Below are positions 58,211 to 64,000 of a DNA stretch of 64,000 nt, one piece after another. A program made the translations under genes and the position numbers. Position 1 is the stretch's first letter. Each line of letters starts with the position of its first letter. Origin of the DNA: Lepidodermella squamata (Eukaryota; Animalia; Gastrotricha); assembly GCA_047495785.1 (NCBI GenBank), contig JBLDXI010000029.1, positions 2,046,001 to 2,110,000 on the forward strand. Reading direction: 5' to 3'. The notes beneath the pieces were generated by a model. It worked only from the letters and a program-made list of their open reading frames with translations, made no database searches and was not told the origin of the DNA.

Positions 58211-58854
58211 TTTATTGCTTTGAATTAAGAAAGAATTGATAGTTCGAATGCAACTTGATCATTGGTATTTCTCTAAATCTCGACAAGATTATATAACGGC
58301 AGAACCATTTTTCGTAGCGTAGCAAATGATCTAATTGTAACACTGCTAATGAACTGCTGCGATCACAGAAATCTTCATTAAGAAAGTTGTGATTTTTAGC
58401 ATAATTTCATAAGGAGAGCCGTCCTGTGAGTTCGAAACCTTAGAAAGCGTTTAGAATGCAGCTTTCTGAATTCTTATATCCGACTCGAAAGTAGGCCGAT
58501 GTCTCCAAATCACTCTGAATTAGGATTGAACGACCTAAATTTACGGCGCCAGTCCTGATACAAATATTCTTAGACCCCTAAACGATATATCAAAACGGCT
58601 GGTGAAACAGAGGTCACAAAATCAGTACGAAGCTTTTATTGTGTCAATCTTCTTTCGAAACCGCACTAATTCAGGCTAAAAAGTTGACAAAAATCACAGA
58701 ATCACCAAAACATCAACATAATACAGGCCACAGGGTGAACACTTATGAATGCAAAGCTCAATAGCTTCAGACTATATTGAGGATAATGTGATGCCTTGGG
58801 GAAGAATTATCGCGCTGAAATTTGGGGAATAAATATTCAACAAGGATTTTCCAT

Positions 58855-60216
58855 TTATAAGGCACTGAAAACTGCGAAAATAGCACACAGAGAGGTGATT
58901 GCGAAACTTCCAACGGACCTCGGGCTGCCATCAACTGCTTGCAAGGCGAGCGATCCGATTGCTTGTTTCTTACTTTGCTCGTCATAATACCGGAAATATG
59001 CAGCATTCTTGTAACAAGACAAACCAGAGACCGGTTCGTGCGTTTTGTCTATCAACTTGCCAGTTTTCTTGTCCATCAGCGTTAGCCCTCTGCAAGCCTC
59101 GGAAAAGATGAAGCTATCCGTGACCACGGTGTAAGGGCGTGAACTTCTACTACCCCAGCCAATATTGTCACAGTAGAATACTGACACCAGCCTTCCAGTG
59201 GCAACTTCCATAACAATTATATGAGAGTACACACTATCCAGCGCGTAGATTAAATTTCCATCCGTGGCAATGCTAGAAACATCACGAGCGTCCCTGCTCA
59301 GTTTGTAAGTGTTAGCAACAGCCATCTTCTTGCCTTTTGTGATATCAATACCGAGGATCCTGATCTGACATCCCGATGCGGGGCAGGCTACAGTAGGGAC
59401 AATAGCTCTGTTTTTTGCTAAGACCGGCGCGAACCAGAATGGTATCGAGGTCGGAATATTCGGGTCATCAAGTAGTAATGTTCCTAGAATTTCCCCAGTT
59501 AGTGCGTCTACTTGAGTCAGCGAGAAGGCACCGGATACAAACAGTCGTGAGTCGTCACTCAATGATACTGCAAAGATTTCGGAGTCGTTAAATGTCGGGA
59601 TTATTGCTTCTTTCGTCGGACTCCCGATACTCTTGCCTATTGGGAAAAACCCAATAACGTTTTGGGAGAAGTAGACCGAGTACAAGAAGCCCGTATCCGA
59701 GCTTCCGGCGCTGACGAAAGTGTTTGAGGGCCAGTATTTATCCGTGTCAAACTGGAATGTCTCCAGATCTCCAAAGTTATCCTTGCCCAGATTGACAGAA
59801 ATCAACTGAACTCGAGTTTTCATCTCAGGCGTTAAAGACTCGCAGCGAACGTATAACGCGGCTGAATTGTCTCTTTCTGCTATCGCTGGCTGGCCGCATT
59901 TAAACGCCTTGTTAAGCGAACCAGCTACAGCAACAACCTTCAACCGATTGCCACTCACTGCATCGTACATGTAAAGCTTGCCCTGGTCGTCGATTAGGAA
60001 AATCGTTCCGTTGTAGGCTACAATTTGGTGGTTCGACTCGAAATTCGAATCGAGAACGGCGTCGAAATAGCGGATACGGTTAATGCCGTTATTTGTTACT
60101 ATAGACTCCGCCTTGTAGCCAGTGTGGGCTTGGTCGCCCCCTGCGTTTGCCCACGATGACTTCAGATCCGCATCAGCCGTTGCCAAAATGAGAGAAATAA
60201 ATGCCAGCAACTTCAT
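58855..60216 (-). CDS. PQQ-like beta-propeller surface protein, intact, intronless
   Basis: 453 aa with signal peptide, WANAGGDQAHTGY, blade-like repeats (LYMYDAVSG, LTQVDALTG, LTLMDKKTG) and a GPI-like hydrophobic tail. Confidence 0.8.
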   Translation of the reverse strand: MKLLAFISLILATADADLKSSWANAGGDQAHTGYKAESIVTNNGINRIRYFDAVLDSNFESNHQIVAYNGTIFLIDDQGKLYMYDAVSGNRLKVVAVAGSLNKAFKCGQPAIAERDNSAALYVRCESLTPEMKTRVQLISVNLGKDNFGDLETFQFDTDKYWPSNTFVSAGSSDTGFLYSVYFSQNVIGFFPIGKSIGSPTKEAIIPTFNDSEIFAVSLSDDSRLFVSGAFSLTQVDALTGEILGTLLLDDPNIPTSIPFWFAPVLAKNRAIVPTVACPASGCQIRILGIDITKGKKMAVANTYKLSRDARDVSSIATDGNLIYALDSVYSHIIVMEVATGRLVSVFYCDNIGWGSRSSRPYTVVTDSFIFSEACRGLTLMDKKTGKLIDKTHEPVSGLSCYKNAAYFRYYDEQSKKQAIGSLALQAVDGSPRSVGSFAITSLCAIFAVFSAL

Positions 60217-62888
60217 GATAATATAGGATTTTCTAGGAAAACCACCAGGTACAGATCAGGTCGATCTTAAAAGGTGAAGCCCAGAGCTTCACCATGTAGT
60301 TGACTAGGGCTGATGTTTTAGGTACTTTTTATATAAAATAAAACGAATCACATATGAATCCAAACCTTTAGTGTGTAGAATTATCAGCTGACAGTATATG
60401 ACTTCTATGACTATGTGGTCGGCTGCAGTGTTTGGGATTTGATTGATTTATATTTTGGAACTATTAAATCTTTGCGCCGTAAAATCAAATCTTTTCCTCA
60501 AAATAAAATCGTCTGAAACCGAAATCAAATCTTCAAAATCATGTTACAAGTTTGGCAAATCTCTTAAAATATATTTGACCTTTGAATATGTTCACCTCGA
60601 AACGCTGAATGACTTAATTTCAGAGCATGATGTGGCAATTTTGAATTGATAAAGTTTTGTGGGATGCTGTGGGACTGAAGTTTCACAGCATTCCGCAGCA
60701 TGTGCTGGAGGAATTTCTAACAAATTTGCTCTTCTACCCTAGTCCATAATTCCATAATATGCATTTTTCGTGATTAATAACTGGGTTGCATGAAAAAATA
60801 TTGCGGAAACTCCGAAATGAGAAACTCTCTCAAATATTATGCCCATTGGAACGCAGCCTCTGGTCATGTTTCAACAAGTGGTGATGGTCATGGTTCAACA
60901 AGGCTATAAACAAAGACAGAAAAGTATCACTTGAGAATAATAAACTGATTTCCGCATCGAATATCAAACAGCAATAATTTGTTTGAGTGCCAGAGAGACT
61001 TCACTCCTGTGAATTTACCCTGTGGATCTTGGGAAAAATTGATAGCATTATTCCATCTAAAAAAGAAGGAAAATATAAAATACAGATGATGTTAAGTTAT
61101 GGTATGTTATGCATTATCTAAGACTACGCTCAAAAGGAACGAATACCTGTGGAGTAAGGAAGAGAAAAAACTAGGTGGTTTTTCTTGAGAATATAGCCAT
61201 GATAACGGAGACATTATCTACAGCATCTGCAGCATTTGTGCGTAGTGCGCATTCTGGTAGGCGTTGCAACAGCTCGGTATCGGATGCGGCGCAATAATGA
61301 TGCTATTACGGACATGAAAAAGTAGCTTATTCTAGCGGTTCGTAAAGTGGCGCACCCGTGCGCATTGGCGCTTGCGAGACCTTTGAGCCATTTCCCTCTA
61401 GCCAGCCATTCCAACACTTCGATAGACGTTTCATAGGTTAAGGGTTACCGGTTTTGGCATGAAAAAGAAAGAAAGCCCTCGCGGCGCGTTAACTCGTGAA
61501 CACTGGGTCGATGGTAGATCGAAGGGACTTAAAGCCATATTGATGGCGAGGTAGGAGGTTCCTGGATTTTAGAAAGTGATACAGAAATTTTGCAACAATA
61601 ATTTCAAGCCCTTAGCTCAAAGCAGGCAGTAGGGAGAAGGTCGATAGGAATCCGCAAGTCTCGAATCCTTACCATCTTTTAGGATTGGTACAATGATCTC
61701 GAATCCCTAGGTCAGGTTTAGTTGATTTTACGCTGGCGACGCCGGCCACTAAGGTTACTGGTTTTCTGTAATTATTAGGCTATTTTCAGCTTTTTAGGAG
61801 AGCAAAAAACAATTACATGTAATTTTCACCAATGCAGAACACAAGTGTTCATTTTCGAGCGAGGTAACTACCAACCAGAGACTTAATTCAGTCTATGCTA
61901 CCAACAAATCGTTTATAACAACCAATATTGACCTATGAAATAATATGAAGATCCAGGTTAAACTTTCGCAGAAAACCGAACAATTCTTGGAAAAACACCC
62001 TGAAATTTAGTTCTTTGTAACTGGCTTTAGTTGAGGAGAATTTAATACTCATGCAGGATCGGCCGCGTGCGCCACTCTTCTGCACATGGGGAAAGGTATT
62101 TGCGAACCAATGGTTTATGCCAGTATTTTCTTACAAACAGCAACTGCCCAGCGTGAAACATCGACAGATCAACCACAATGTTTCTGAGAAAATTCCACCA
62201 GCAGATTCCGTTTGCCTTTTGCCTCACGGGTTTGCATCTCAGCAGCTGGTGGCTGATTACACGCTGATTACACGCTGCTAATCGTTTTTTAGGCAACTTC
62301 TAGGGTAACTTTGTATTGTTTATATGTATATATTGACCGCGCTCTGTGTATACCCTGCAACCCTGAATATCGCCGATTTTCAGCCCTCATACATTTGAAG
62401 TGGCAGATTTTATTTACCCGCTTATTCATCCCCGCCTCGCCCGGGTCAGGTATATATGGCTGCACGCAAATTATAAAACACTTCGCAAAGCTAAGCAAGT
62501 GCCAATACGCTTTATTGAAACATTTCAGCCACGATGAGTAATAGGAAATACCGCATTGGTGATACGGTGATTATCACAAATTGAAAAACTCCAATGATCT
62601 CTTTCTGTTTGTTTCTATCGTTTCTGATGAAGCGCAATTTGAAATCCTGGAATCTGCAATGAAATCATTAAAAAACGATTCGACATTATTATCACTTTGA
62701 ACTGTAGAGAAAAATATCATCTTTGCGCAGAACCAAATATTCTGACCATTAAATGATTATGAATTTAAATTGAAACGGCTCAAACAGCAGAGGCCACAAG
62801 AGTCATAATTAGTATGAACCTTTATTGTGTCAACCATCTCTTTTTCAATTCATGCTACATAAGTTGAGGCTACATAAATCACAGAAGA

Positions 62889-62990
62889 TATTGAGCTTTG
62901 GGTTCATCATTGTTCACCAGTTCACCCTGTTTGGAGCTTTACGTAAAAACAGGGTGAACTGGTGAACAATGATGAACCCAAAGCTCAATA
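62889..62990. repeat. Perfect 44-bp inverted repeat with a 14-nt loop
   Basis: 62889-62932 is the exact reverse complement of 62947-62990. Confidence 0.9.
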
Positions 62991-63083
62991 GCTTCAGACT
63001 ATATTAAGGATAATGTGATGCCTTGGGGAAGACTCATCCCGTTGAAATTTGGGAATTCAAGGTATTCAAAAGTAAATTTTCAT

Positions 63084-64000
63084 TTAAAAGGCACTGAAAA
63101 CTGCGAGAATAGCACACAGAGAGGCGATTCCGAAACTTCCAATTGACCTGGAGCTGTTAGATGTAGCTGCTTGCAGGCCGAGAGATCCGATCGCTTGCTT
63201 CAGATTTGGTTGATCAAGATACCGGAAATAGACAGCATTGTTATAATAAGACAACCCAGACACCGATTCGTGTTTTTTGTCAAGTAACTTGCCAGTTTTT
63301 CTGTCCATCAGCGTTAGCCCTCTGCAAGCCTCGGAGAATATGAAGCTATCCGTGACCACGGTGTAAGGCCGCGAACTTCTAGCACCCTGGCCCATGGTGT
63401 CACAGGAGAATTCAGCCACTCCCTTTCCATTGGCAACGTTCAACACAATTATTTTAGAGTTCACACTATCCATCGCGTAGATTAAATTTCCATCCGTGGC
63501 AATGCTAGAAACATCAGCCGTTTCCTTGCTCAAGATGTAAGTATTAGCGACAGCCATCTTCTTGCCTTTGGTGATATCAATACCGAGGAACTTGACTTGA
63601 CATCCCGATGCGGGGCAGGCTACAGTAGGGACAATAGCTCGATTTTTGGCTAAGATCGGTGCGAACCATATCGAGCTCGCAACACTCGGGTCATCAAATG
63701 TTATCGTACCCAGAATTTCGCCAGTTACGGCGTCAATTTGAGTAAGGGAGAAGGCATGGGATACAAACAGCCGTGAATCGTCGCTTAGGGAAATTGCATA
63801 GATTTCGAAGTCGCCAAGTTCTACTTCAATCGTCGCGTTGCCGATTGTCTTGCCTATCGGGAAGAACCCAATTACGTTTCTTGAATAGAAAAGCGAGTAC
63901 CAAAAGCCCGTATCCGAGCCTACAGCGCCGACGAAGGCGTTCGAGGGCAAGTAGCTAAACGTGTCAAACTGGAATGTCTCCACGCCTCCAAAATTATCCT
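63084..64000 (-). CDS. Third PQQ-like beta-propeller paralog (5' end outside the window)
   Basis: Collinear with 58855-60216; the frame is open to the window edge. Confidence 0.8.
   Translation of the reverse strand, partial: DNFGGVETFQFDTFSYLPSNAFVGAVGSDTGFWYSLFYSRNVIGFFPIGKTIGNATIEVELGDFEIYAISLSDDSRLFVSHAFSLTQIDAVTGEILGTITFDDPSVASSIWFAPILAKNRAIVPTVACPASGCQVKFLGIDITKGKKMAVANTYILSKETADVSSIATDGNLIYAMDSVNSKIIVLNVANGKGVAEFSCDTMGQGARSSRPYTVVTDSFIFSEACRGLTLMDRKTGKLLDKKHESVSGLSYYNNAVYFRYLDQPNLKQAIGSLGLQAATSNSSRSIGSFGIASLCAILAVFSAF

Noticed and set aside
61608-61675. tRNA/SINE-like segment (TAGCTCAA...TCGAATCC)
   Set aside because: No cloverleaf and no second copy in the window.
60400-62700. Short ORFs between the propeller paralogs
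   Set aside because: No motifs, codon bias or splice-consistent model.

Overview
Eukaryotic DNA from a compact invertebrate genome (mostly 45-60 nt GT-AG introns). Host genes: six intronless GABA-B-like class C GPCRs in two subfamilies (one with a nonsense codon), a tandem trio of divergent Cys-loop channels, a large small-HSP, a two-domain Ly6/three-finger GPI protein, an IPT/TIG-like secreted protein, a GH31 glucosidase that seems to lack its nucleophile, a heparan sulfate 3-O-sulfotransferase, U3 snoRNA and U6 snRNA. A cassette of an intronless PQQ-like beta-propeller gene plus a secreted Lys-rich (Ser-X)n gene is duplicated in inverted orientation. Mobile DNA: P-like, foldback, piggyBac, Tc1/mariner and CACTA-like MITEs, and a Mutator derivative containing a nested Crypton. 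The top observation is a 6.2-kb tyrosine-recombinase element (30498-36695) inserted in a beta-propeller gene. Its joined ends form a dif/lox-like site (ACTAAAATAT-CACTCT-ATATTTTAGT) with 10-bp-phased GCGCCA repeats, its recombinase has an intron inside the catalytic Arg codon, and it carries two membrane-protein genes. All calls come from manual reading; no database search was run.
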